Below, in pieces: positions 11,663 through 20,349 of a stretch of 64,000 bases of DNA. Each line of letters begins with the position of its first letter. Position 1 is the stretch's first letter. A program made the translations under genes and the position numbers. Under the pieces are notes generated by a model. The model did not search any database, had not been told where the DNA came from, and saw nothing but the letters and a program-made list of their open reading frames with translations. The stretch spans positions 3,596,001 to 3,660,000 of the forward strand of contig JAQOWU010000008.1 in the NCBI GenBank assembly GCA_030867685.1, read 5' to 3'. The stretch is from Wickerhamiella versatilis. Lineage: Eukaryota.

Positions 11663-13111
11663 ATGGCAGCAAGTCAACGCGATAGTAATAGTGAAAATTG
11701 GAAAATGAATATACATCCTCCCGCAAGGTCCTCCAGTAGTACGTATCCCGGCGTTTTGGGGGGGTCGGGCGACTCCTCTAGTTCGGGGGAGGGAGGAGAT
11801 GAGGATGACGAGGAAGATATACAGGGCTATTCTTTCGACTTTGAGGATAAGCCTCCCATGCATGTGATTCAGAGAATGCTGCCTAGTGACTTTTCACAAG
11901 ACGAAGATGATGAGGCAACAGACAATGGTGATGATAGTGAGATGGATCAAAGTGAAGGGGAAATTATGGACAGCGATGATCAAAAAAGTGAAGATGGAAG
12001 CGATACAGAGGAATTTGGTGGGTTTAAAACCAGCAGCGAGAGCTTCAGTGATAATGAGCAAGCAATTGCTAGCAGCAGTAGTGACGAGTCGATCAAAAAT
12101 GAGGAGAATGATTTTTTTCGGAATGACCAACTCTCGGATAGCGAAAAAAGTCATGGTGGGAATTCCGAGGATGAAGATGATGAAGAAGACGATGATTTTT
12201 TTGACGACTTTTTCGATATTGAAACTACGTTGCAAAGCATACCACCAGAGGAACACTCATTTGCCTCTTACAACCGTGATGACAGCGAAAATGACAGCGA
12301 TAGCTATTTATGGGAGTATTTTCTGACTTCAGATGAGGATGATACGTTCGGCTATGTACGTGGAAGACGGTATTCACAGGTAGATGGCGTCCCTCAGGAG
12401 GTCAGCGGTGACTCCACTGACGAAGACGATAGTGTACCATCAACGGCCCAAAGAGCACAGGGGACTAAGGCTGTTGAAGTGCTTGGCGTCGATACGTTCA
12501 GCACTCGTCCTCCAGTTCTAGGACAGTGGGACATTAATGACAACGAAAACAAGCAAGTTGGAATTATTGATGGTCTAACAACCCGTTCTCTAACCCCTGG
12601 TGCCCCTCAAACTCCAAATGCTGTGGATTCCAATGCCGCTGGTTCGGCGGGAACCACAGACAAAGTTGAGACTCCTCAGACTGATGTCACACCGACGCCG
12701 AAGGATAACACTCCACAACCACGAATCTACTCCGAAGCGCTACACTCTGATTCAGACTACAGCGATGTCGAATTGGAAGAATTTATGAACACAAAGGAAA
12801 TGGACTTAGACAGTGATGACGACACGTCTGCCTTTCAATCATCGGCGGACCAACGTCCAAAAGTCCCGTTGTCAGCGTTTCGCAATCGTGGTGGTGCACA
12901 GGGCCCGCAGCAAATGGCATTTCGGCGGCGTCGAAGCAGTTTGGCCAACTCAGGAGATTTCATCTCACCCCTGAAGGGGTTGCACCGGAAGAAACGTCAG
13001 CGAGTGCGCAAGATACCATCGCCTAAGATGGAGCCACAAGAAAATAATAACAAAGACTTCGTAGACGAACTTATGGAGGTTAACGCGATTAGCCCGCTAT
13101 TCGGCATATAG
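11663..13111 (+). CDS. IFH1: Ifh1/Crf1-like ribosomal-protein-gene coregulator
   Basis: Highly acidic protein with SGDSTDEDDS...KAVEVLG...STRPPVLGQW...VGIIDGLTTRSL forkhead-binding-type segment and PLSAFRNRG motif. Confidence 0.72.
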   Translation: MAASQRDSNSENWKMNIHPPARSSSSTYPGVLGGSGDSSSSGEGGDEDDEEDIQGYSFDFEDKPPMHVIQRMLPSDFSQDEDDEATDNGDDSEMDQSEGEIMDSDDQKSEDGSDTEEFGGFKTSSESFSDNEQAIASSSSDESIKNEENDFFRNDQLSDSEKSHGGNSEDEDDEEDDDFFDDFFDIETTLQSIPPEEHSFASYNRDDSENDSDSYLWEYFLTSDEDDTFGYVRGRRYSQVDGVPQEVSGDSTDEDDSVPSTAQRAQGTKAVEVLGVDTFSTRPPVLGQWDINDNENKQVGIIDGLTTRSLTPGAPQTPNAVDSNAAGSAGTTDKVETPQTDVTPTPKDNTPQPRIYSEALHSDSDYSDVELEEFMNTKEMDLDSDDDTSAFQSSADQRPKVPLSAFRNRGGAQGPQQMAFRRRRSSLANSGDFISPLKGLHRKKRQRVRKIPSPKMEPQENNNKDFVDELMEVNAISPLFGI

Positions 13112-13134
13112 AACTAGTTATAAAATAAAGTACT

Positions 13135-14016
13135 CTACACCAGTGCAGTGAGTTCTGACGATAGACGCAGTTGTGATTTGATCGTATTCGTGAGGCTTAC
13201 GATGGTGAGCAAGTCCTTGAAATATGATGTATAGAGTTTGTCCGAAGAGAGACACGGCACAAGGCTCAAGGTCCGGTAAAGGTACTTACCCACAGCAACG
13301 TTGGCTGGCTTGGATCCAGTGAGAACTTCACGGACGTAATGTTGGACCCGGGTAAGCTCATCAATAAGCTCTTCTAAAGAATTTTCAAGTTCAGCATTGA
13401 GAGGCAATACTTCAGCACGGCGGTCGTGGGTGCTAGCACCAGCATTGATGACACCAAGGGCGGCCTGTTCAACAGGCATATACTCCACAACATTACGTAC
13501 TGGCAAGAAAATGCAATTACCAGCACTTTGGTCTGAAGGCACTCCAACGGCCGAGGCGACATAGGTTGACACATTGAGACTTCCGTCGACTACGTCAAGA
13601 GTTAAGTGCAACGCAGGATGGGGATAAGTACCACTTCCAGGTTGAGAGAATAGGTCGTGTATGAGGGCCGACAAATTGTTGAGTTCTGGGCTAGTTGCAT
13701 ACCACCCTAAAATATTGTAGTCAGGCGACGCTTTACGAATGAGATATGCCATCTCACGATGGTACTCGATGTTCACATTAACTGTGTCCTCAGTCTCGCT
13801 GATGGGGACAATATAAGCTGACTTTACTTCAACCTCATTGCCGTCATCGCTGCGAGTACCCATCAGGGTCCCGATGACCCGCTTCTGGTTCTCCTTACGG
13901 CGAACAGAGTGTGCTAGGATTTGATAAAGTGCCTGTGCATCCACGGACACCTTCGAAGGATACTGGACAGCTTGCCAGCCAGCCGCTAGTGCTGGTCTAG
14001 TGATCTGAAGGGCCAT
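13135..14016 (-). CDS. Translation initiation factor eIF3 subunit F (MPN/JAB1 domain)
   Basis: ALYQILAHSVRR...RVIGTLMGTRS...LGWYATS. Likely start MALQ at 14016 (ORF open from 14088). Confidence 0.85.
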   Translation of the reverse strand: MALQITRPALAAGWQAVQYPSKVSVDAQALYQILAHSVRRKENQKRVIGTLMGTRSDDGNEVEVKSAYIVPISETEDTVNVNIEYHREMAYLIRKASPDYNILGWYATSPELNNLSALIHDLFSQPGSGTYPHPALHLTLDVVDGSLNVSTYVASAVGVPSDQSAGNCIFLPVRNVVEYMPVEQAALGVINAGASTHDRRAEVLPLNAELENSLEELIDELTRVQHYVREVLTGSKPANVAVGKYLYRTLSLVPCLSSDKLYTSYFKDLLTIVSLTNTIKSQLRLSSELTALV

Positions 14017-14438
14017 GAAATTTTCAGCTGAGTAATACACAGTGCTATTTGACCGTGGATTCTGACTTGATTCCTTCATCACAACCATCCCTGGGTATAT
14101 AAGATGGAGCTCTTGCGATGTGGATAAGCTTCAGTGTTATAGCTCGTAGCATAGAGTGCAAGCCATAGTTTGTTGATAGGGGAAGAAATGACCGTCATAC
14201 ACTATTTATAAGGCATACTGCGTTCTGAGCCACCACGATTCATATTCAGATACACCTATAAGAATTAGTTGATGTACAGTGTGAAACTACCAGTATTAAG
14301 AGTATCACTCTTGTAATCGTTGCCATCACAGTGCGCAATGTGCAACTTTGTCCGAGATGTTAGGGTTGATGGCTATCGGCAACCGTCTTTGTAAATCCTA
14401 TATGTACTGTCCTAACATTGTCTGGATTTATCTCTGTC

Positions 14439-14849
14439 ATGGCACACACTCGTATCCGCCCATTCAACACTAAGCAGACTTATCCCGAACAGAATCTTGA
14501 CAATGATCTTTGCCAAGCTGTTGTCACGAAAAATGGTACAATCTACCTGCGCGGGCAAGTGCCTCAGGATCTTGATACACGAGAGAACGTTGGCGTAGGT
14601 GACATTGCTGCCCAAGCGACGAAGGTTATTGAGAATATTGAGCTCTTGATTAAGGAGTCGGGCGCCCAGCTCACTGACATTTGCAAGGTGGTAGTTTATC
14701 TTACTGACATCAGGCATCGCGAAACTGCATACCGCATTCTTGGGTCTCGCTTGAAGGGTGTTTTTCCAGTGTTTACAGGGCTGGTCGTTGTAGCGTTGGC
14801 ACGCCCTGAGTGGTTGATAGAGGTTGATGTGATTGCTGAACGCCAGTAA
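14439..14849 (+). CDS. Rid (YjgF/YER057c/UK114) family protein, bacterial HinL-like
   Basis: MAHTRIRPFNTKQTYPEQNLDNDLCQAVV...YLRGQV...KVVVYLTD...TGLVVVALARPEWLIEVDVIA matches a bacterial Rid subfamily as recalled. First ATG at 14439. Confidence 0.88.
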   Translation: MAHTRIRPFNTKQTYPEQNLDNDLCQAVVTKNGTIYLRGQVPQDLDTRENVGVGDIAAQATKVIENIELLIKESGAQLTDICKVVVYLTDIRHRETAYRILGSRLKGVFPVFTGLVVVALARPEWLIEVDVIAERQ

Positions 14850-14857
14850 ATATTAGT

Positions 14858-16024
14858 TTACATAGCTAAGTCATCTACAATTTTTGTAAGAAAGTTGACA
14901 CCATCCTTTAGTTCTTCTGGAAGAATGTATTCATCAGCCTTATGTGCGCGATTTATGGAACCAGGACCACATACTGCTACAGGGAAGTCCTTTCCGAGAT
15001 AGTGCTGGTAAAGTCCTCCTTCAGTTCCAAAATTAATACGTCCTGAAGTGTTAGAAGTTTTCCCTACGAAAGATGCGAGTTTTTCAGGAAAGACGTCATG
15101 AGGAGCAGGGTTTAAACCTGGGTACGAGGTAAGCTTTAGTATCTCAACTTTTCCATTGGGATACTTCTCTTTTAGGACTTTTTCAGCTCTCGATTCCAAG
15201 TAAGATATGTAATATTCTGGAGTCTTCGATCCTGAGAGTAAACGCATTTCGAATTCTATTTCACACAGGTCTGGCACAATGTTGACGGCGACACCGCCCT
15301 TCATGACCCCCACCTGGACTGTGCCATGAGGTACTTCATACGTCTTATCGGATGGGCCATCTTCTATTAACCCCTTTTGCAACAAGTCTATTTCTCTGAC
15401 CATGTCACAACCTAACATTACAGCATTGCAACCAAGTGCTGGATTCGAAGAGTGGGCACTTTGCCCGTGGCAACGAACTCTAGCCGCCAGCTTACCCTTA
15501 TGACCAGTCATTACAGTCATAAGTGTGGGCTCACCAATGACGCAACCAGAAGCTTTGAATGCAGTTTTCTGGAGATGTTCTAATAGGGATCGAATGCCCA
15601 CACACCCAATCTCCTCGTCAAAAGACACTGCAAGGTGAAGAGGTCTTGCAAGTTTCGTTTTCTTGGATGCATACTTAGCTGCGACAAGCATACAAGCAAG
15701 AAACCCTTTCATGTCGCTGGTTCCACGGCCGAACAGTTTACCATCTTTCTCGGTAAGTGAAAAGGGGTCCGTGGACCAAGGTTGACCATCGACTGGTACA
15801 ACATCACTGTGTGCGGATAGTACGATTCCATTGTCTCCTGCAGGCCCCATGCTAGCCAGTAAATTATATTGTCCTGGACTAGTTCCTTGAATACGCACAC
15901 AGCGAGCACCAAGCGGGTTAAGATAATTTTCTACCCAATCAATGAGCTGGCTGTTTTCCCTGCGGCACACAGTTGGAAAAGCAACTAACTTTTCTAGAAT
16001 CGTCCTGGCACTCATATCAGGCAT
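14858..16024 (-). CDS. M20 metallo-amidohydrolase, acetylornithine deacetylase ArgE-like (HinG-like)
   Basis: LSAHSDVVP, GRGTSDMKG, SFDEEIGC, IGEPT, GHKGK, AHSS and AHKADEY metal-binding motifs. Start is 16024 or 16015. Confidence 0.9.
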   Translation of the reverse strand: MPDMSARTILEKLVAFPTVCRRENSQLIDWVENYLNPLGARCVRIQGTSPGQYNLLASMGPAGDNGIVLSAHSDVVPVDGQPWSTDPFSLTEKDGKLFGRGTSDMKGFLACMLVAAKYASKKTKLARPLHLAVSFDEEIGCVGIRSLLEHLQKTAFKASGCVIGEPTLMTVMTGHKGKLAARVRCHGQSAHSSNPALGCNAVMLGCDMVREIDLLQKGLIEDGPSDKTYEVPHGTVQVGVMKGGVAVNIVPDLCEIEFEMRLLSGSKTPEYYISYLESRAEKVLKEKYPNGKVEILKLTSYPGLNPAPHDVFPEKLASFVGKTSNTSGRINFGTEGGLYQHYLGKDFPVAVCGPGSINRAHKADEYILPEELKDGVNFLTKIVDDLAM

Positions 16025-16070
16025 ACGTAGGTAGGTATCTTACATGCTCGGATTTAGTACCTCTACAGGG

Positions 16071-16191
16071 CTAGTTATTGTTAGTCATTACAAGCTGACT
16101 TCATGGTGGAGAAAGCCCGATTGCAATATTTTGATAAAGAAGAATGATATCTAGGTGCGCACATAGACTATTTACAACAGAAAGTACTTAC
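16071..16191 (-). other. Putative 121-nt spliceosomal intron in the 5' leader of the ArgE-like gene
   Basis: Minus strand GTAAGTACT...TGACTAAC-AATAAC-TAG. Same donor nonamer and short branch-to-AG spacing as the ERV14 intron in this window. Confidence 0.55.
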
Positions 16192-16262
16192 AGAAAGTCT
16201 TGTGTGATTCAACTAGTTAGCCTGGCATAACCCAGATATTCCACGATGTGAAACGTTGTACG

Positions 16263-16940
16263 TTACCGATCTCCTGGAACACCATATGAGGGCGCATCAC
16301 TGGGATTTAGACAACGTGTAACGTAGTCATGCATTTGTGGCTTCCAGATATTCCAGATTTTTTCGGTTTGATCTAAAGGTTTCTCATCCCAGTCTACACG
16401 AATATCAGCGATAGGCCAGGATACTTTATCTACAACAATCAATCCTGCTGAATATACAGGTCCGGCCTCACCACCAGCAGCAAGTCCAGCTTTCATCGCA
16501 GCTAGTAAACGGGTTCCAAGTTCATCGGAACCTGAAGACTTTTCAAATGCAGACACAATTATCTCTGGAACATCTGATTTGGATAGGAGGTTTCCAGCCG
16601 ACGCAACGTTTGTGCCCTTGTAGCTACCATTGGTGCCTAGAGTCTGTGAACCTGAGAAAACGGCAGTGTTACCGTCACGGTCCACTGCGCTAAGCTGTCG
16701 ATACTCCGGGAACTCACAAGTTCGTGAGACAATCTTGATTGCCTCCTCGGCTGATGCTCCTTGCTCCATTAGATCCAACAATTTCGGACCCAACCTCGGA
16801 TCCGTAACATTCTGTGTAGTGACGGCTCCCACACCAGCACGAGCATAGGCACAACGTGCTGCAACGGATGGTGATGAGGAAGAAACAGCGACAGCGAACT
16901 GTCCAGAGCGAGGACACCGAGCAACGATAGAAAATGTCAT
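16263..16940 (-). CDS. DUF1028 family protein (Ntn-hydrolase superfamily), HinH-like
   Basis: MTFSIVARC...GQFAVAVSS...RAGVGAVTTQN...YRQL...AGNLL...AGGEAGPVYSAGL...DIRVDW...YGVPGDR. Confidence 0.9.
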   Translation of the reverse strand: MTFSIVARCPRSGQFAVAVSSSSPSVAARCAYARAGVGAVTTQNVTDPRLGPKLLDLMEQGASAEEAIKIVSRTCEFPEYRQLSAVDRDGNTAVFSGSQTLGTNGSYKGTNVASAGNLLSKSDVPEIIVSAFEKSSGSDELGTRLLAAMKAGLAAGGEAGPVYSAGLIVVDKVSWPIADIRVDWDEKPLDQTEKIWNIWKPQMHDYVTRCLNPSDAPSYGVPGDR

Positions 16941-17016
16941 AGAGTGGAGTAGAAAGTTAGTAAGGAAATTTAATCCGACAAGGTACTGATAAGGTCTTTA
17001 AGGTCTTATTACCTAA

Positions 17017-18309
17017 TTATATCCTAGCTTGTTGGTAATCTTGGGTCGTAGCGAGTTCTTTAGATGGTACATACGCAAGATAGCTGTGCTGCTTGGCGAT
17101 GTGTTCAGCAATTAGTCGAGCATCATGCCAAACACCCCATATGAACGATGAACCACGTCGAGTTTGCCAAGGTAAACCGATATAGTATACGCCAGGTTCT
17201 GCAGAGAGCCCGCGATGCTGGTTAGGAAGACCTGAGGAACCAATAGCATTTGTCTTCATCCAACTATAATCGACTGTGAATCCTGTGGCCCAAATTATTG
17301 TTGTGATATTATCTTTTTGAAGATCCAATTCGAAAATTGGATGAACCAGGCTTTCAGGGTCATGAGGGAACTCCTTGGCAGATTCTTCCTCTGGCAAATT
17401 TATTCCCGTTTTTTCCACATATGCGTCTGCTTCCTGAAGTAGTGATAAGTAGTTAGCATCTCCTAAAGCAATATTTTGTGCAAGGTCAGGAGCAAATGTA
17501 ATTACTCCATTACGATAGCCACTGGTATGACCTAGCAGTGTAATACCATAATCGTTTGCCATTTTTCGAAAGTCGATTGTGTGCCCACCGTAGGCACCAC
17601 TGACGGCAATGGTCGTGTGGTCGGCACCAGGGGTAGTCTCCGAATCCCACATGTTTAGGACTCCAAGCCACCAAACAAAGTCTCTGTTACGATAACTACG
17701 TGGTGGACGATCATGTTTACCAACGGAGAGGTAAGTCTTCTTCCCACATCTCGAGAGTTCCTCTGCTATCTGTGCACCTGACGACCCAGCGCCAACGACG
17801 AGAACATTACCTTCAGGCAATTGATCGGGATTACGGTACATGGATGAATGCATCTGGGTTACGTTGGGGGAGTTTACTATCCCTGGAATTACAGGGATTT
17901 GAAACCCTCCTGTCGCAACAACCACACTTTCTGCAGCAATCACTGTCCCATTAGATGTAGTCACAATATACCCGACATGGCCTTCATTTCTTACACAATT
18001 GGTAACTTCAACACCTGTGTAAATTGGGGCGTTGATTTTTTGGGCATAAGATTCAAAGTATGTCACTACGTCATCCTTAGTGGCAAAATCATCAGGACCG
18101 CAGGTTTCGAAATTCATTCCTGGGAACTTATCATGCCAAGCAGGGCCATTGGCACTGAGTGAGTCCCACCTCGCAGTTCTCCAGCTCTCAGCGATTCTAT
18201 TCCGTTCGAAAATCATGTGAGGGATACCTGCATTTTGCAAGTGCTCACTCATTGCTAAACCTGCCTGTCCACCTCCAACTACCACTACACCAGTCGTTTT
18301 ATCCACCAT
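17017..18309 (-). CDS. Flavin-containing NAD(P)H-dependent monooxygenase (bacterial type), HinF-like
   Basis: GGGQAG FAD motif, AESWRTARWDSL, ATGGFQIP, HSSMYRNP, VLVVGAGSSGAQIAEEL NADPH motif, IIWATGF, SSFIWGVWHDA. Confidence 0.9.
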   Translation of the reverse strand: MVDKTTGVVVVGGGQAGLAMSEHLQNAGIPHMIFERNRIAESWRTARWDSLSANGPAWHDKFPGMNFETCGPDDFATKDDVVTYFESYAQKINAPIYTGVEVTNCVRNEGHVGYIVTTSNGTVIAAESVVVATGGFQIPVIPGIVNSPNVTQMHSSMYRNPDQLPEGNVLVVGAGSSGAQIAEELSRCGKKTYLSVGKHDRPPRSYRNRDFVWWLGVLNMWDSETTPGADHTTIAVSGAYGGHTIDFRKMANDYGITLLGHTSGYRNGVITFAPDLAQNIALGDANYLSLLQEADAYVEKTGINLPEEESAKEFPHDPESLVHPIFELDLQKDNITTIIWATGFTVDYSWMKTNAIGSSGLPNQHRGLSAEPGVYYIGLPWQTRRGSSFIWGVWHDARLIAEHIAKQHSYLAYVPSKELATTQDYQQARI

Positions 18310-18760
18310 TGACTATTATCAATTCAGTGAGACCTAAGCACATTTAAATCAGAAATAGTAGATAACTAATCACATCGGGATTAGTTACTTATATTATTTA
18401 AGCCTAGATAGTGCGTGAGTCGCTTGGGAGTTTCTGATTAAACTAAGGCAACTTTCTGCGATGGCTCTGGCAAATAAAGCGACAATAAAGGTTACTTTTG
18501 ATTCGTGCAACGAGTCAAAAACATAAAAATAATCGGTTTGACAGTCGTCCTAACTCATCATAGAGAAAAAAGAGACTCTATTAATTGAAATGTTACGAGA
18601 CTCACTTTGACTCCACATTGTAGACTACTAAGACAGCGCCAAGCAAGGTATGATATAATTCTCACTTAAGTCTACCTCATAAGACAACCTATAAAAACAA
18701 TTGCTTACTTTCGTAATAATGATAGACATACTAACTTGCTTTGATTTACCGGGCTGAGTC

Positions 18761-20305
18761 ATGAAAGTCTTGCGACCAGGCCTTGGACGAAGACTGACTC
18801 GGACAACCGTTTACGGTATATTTGGTGGAGGGATACTTTGCGCTTGGGATCAGAATTTTAACCGTGGTGTTATATCTCGTACCTTTTCTTGCCTATATAA
18901 TATTTCATATATTGGCATTGACTATAAGCTCAACTTTCGAGAGGGCGCCGACATTGATGCATTACATGAGCGGAGTGCCCAAAGATTATACAATCTTATT
19001 ACCCGAAACAAGGGGCTGTACATAAAACTTGGTCAGAGTCTTGCTGTGCAGGCAAATTTATTGCCACCGGCTTATGGTCAACGCCTCTCCCAGTTGTTCG
19101 ATAGAGCCCCGCAGGACTCGTGGGAACAATGTAGGGATACTATAGTTAAGGAGCTTGGTAGGGAGCCTGAAGATGTTTTTGCGTGGTTAGATACTAACGC
19201 CATAGCCTCCGCCTCGATTGCTCAAGTTCATCACGCCCAATTAAAAAATGGAGACGATGTGGCAGTGAAAATCCGACATGCTGATATACCAGATCTAACA
19301 TGGTGGGATTTGGAGACTTACAAGGCTATGATGTGGGTCTATGATAGATGGCTATTCCACATTCCGGTATATTTTGTGGCTAAATATGTAGCAAGTCAAT
19401 GCGAGAGTGAAATAGACTTTCGGAATGAACTCGTCAACACGGAAAAGATGAGAGCATTGGTATCGGGCGATAGGACATTGCGTGAGATGTATGTACCAAA
19501 GGTATATCCTGAGCTCAGTTCCGAAGCTCTACTAGTTATGGAATGGATCGATGGTATCAGTCTCTCGAATCCAGAGCAACTTAAAAGTAGCAAGTTGGAC
19601 ATCAAACGAGCTTTAACGTTAATATTCCGAGCGCTGTCCAAGATGACATTCGAATGGGGGGTGGTACATTGTGACCCGCACCCAGGGAATTGGATTTTAC
19701 GGCGTGATCCCATTAATAAATCACGGTCACAAATTGTAATGCTAGACCATGGTACTTATATCTACATGTCCCCTTCATTGGTAAGAGAATACTCTGACTT
19801 GTGGCGAGCCATGTTCCGACAAGATATAGAGACCGTGTCGAGAATCACAAAAACGTGGGGATTTGATGATCCAGAAATATTTGCATCTGCTACAATGCTT
19901 CAGTCATATGGTAAAGTTGGTAAGAATGAAAAATTTGTTAGCCGTGAGAAGGCTGCCGAACGCCTGCGGAATTTTATCAAAGATACAGAACGGGTTCCAT
20001 TGGCTCTTGTTTTTATTGGACGTGCTCAGCGCATTCTACAGGGCGTAAACCGCATGTATGGATCACCAGTCAACCGGATCCGTATAATCGTTGAGGGTGC
20101 TACAAGTGTCTCTCCCAGTTCACATGGGATCGTGCGTAACCTTATTGCCCGTTTATGGCGGACAACCCTTCTTTTGGCTAGCGAAATATTGTTCTTTTTG
20201 CTGCAGTTGCGGCAGCGATTTACCGGAGAAAATCTTGAGGATATGTTTGATAATTCAATACGGGAACAGGCAGGCGAAACCCTCAATGGGGGTGGTAGTA
20301 ATTGA
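18761..20305 (+). CDS. ABC1/UbiB atypical kinase (Mcp2/ADCK1-like, mitochondrial)
   Basis: YIKLGQ, ASASIAQVH, VAVK, HCDPHPGN, LDHG motifs. Confidence 0.88.
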   Translation: MKVLRPGLGRRLTRTTVYGIFGGGILCAWDQNFNRGVISRTFSCLYNISYIGIDYKLNFREGADIDALHERSAQRLYNLITRNKGLYIKLGQSLAVQANLLPPAYGQRLSQLFDRAPQDSWEQCRDTIVKELGREPEDVFAWLDTNAIASASIAQVHHAQLKNGDDVAVKIRHADIPDLTWWDLETYKAMMWVYDRWLFHIPVYFVAKYVASQCESEIDFRNELVNTEKMRALVSGDRTLREMYVPKVYPELSSEALLVMEWIDGISLSNPEQLKSSKLDIKRALTLIFRALSKMTFEWGVVHCDPHPGNWILRRDPINKSRSQIVMLDHGTYIYMSPSLVREYSDLWRAMFRQDIETVSRITKTWGFDDPEIFASATMLQSYGKVGKNEKFVSREKAAERLRNFIKDTERVPLALVFIGRAQRILQGVNRMYGSPVNRIRIIVEGATSVSPSSHGIVRNLIARLWRTTLLLASEILFFLLQLRQRFTGENLEDMFDNSIREQAGETLNGGGSN

Positions 20306-20349
20306 GCAAAATTTTAGATACTAGACTGCTAATAGAGAAGTGTAATAAA

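Noticed and set aside
14858-16024. ArgE-like gene as an arginine-biosynthesis enzyme
   Set aside because: Yeasts use ornithine acetyltransferase for this step, and the gene context points to a catabolic deformylase/amidohydrolase role.
16941-17016. 76-bp monooxygenase-DUF1028 spacer as proof of polycistronic transcription
   Set aside because: Native tandem genes in this window have equally short spacers, so spacing alone is uninformative. No Shine-Dalgarno-like sequence is visible before the ATG.
16899-17074. Splicing-generated in-frame monooxygenase-DUF1028 fusion protein
   Set aside because: The phase-2 donor joined to the first AG gives a frameshift and deletes the N-terminal Thr expected to be catalytic.
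14100-18400. GATAA(G) and TCCGA/TCGGA motifs near the cluster genes as nitrogen-catabolite or Zn-cluster sites
   Set aside because: Short motifs expected by chance; not supportable without conservation data.
18648-18760. GTATGA...TACTAAC upstream of the ABC1 kinase as a 5'-UTR intron
   Set aside because: No YAG acceptor between the branch motif and the ATG (only GAG); too weak to call.
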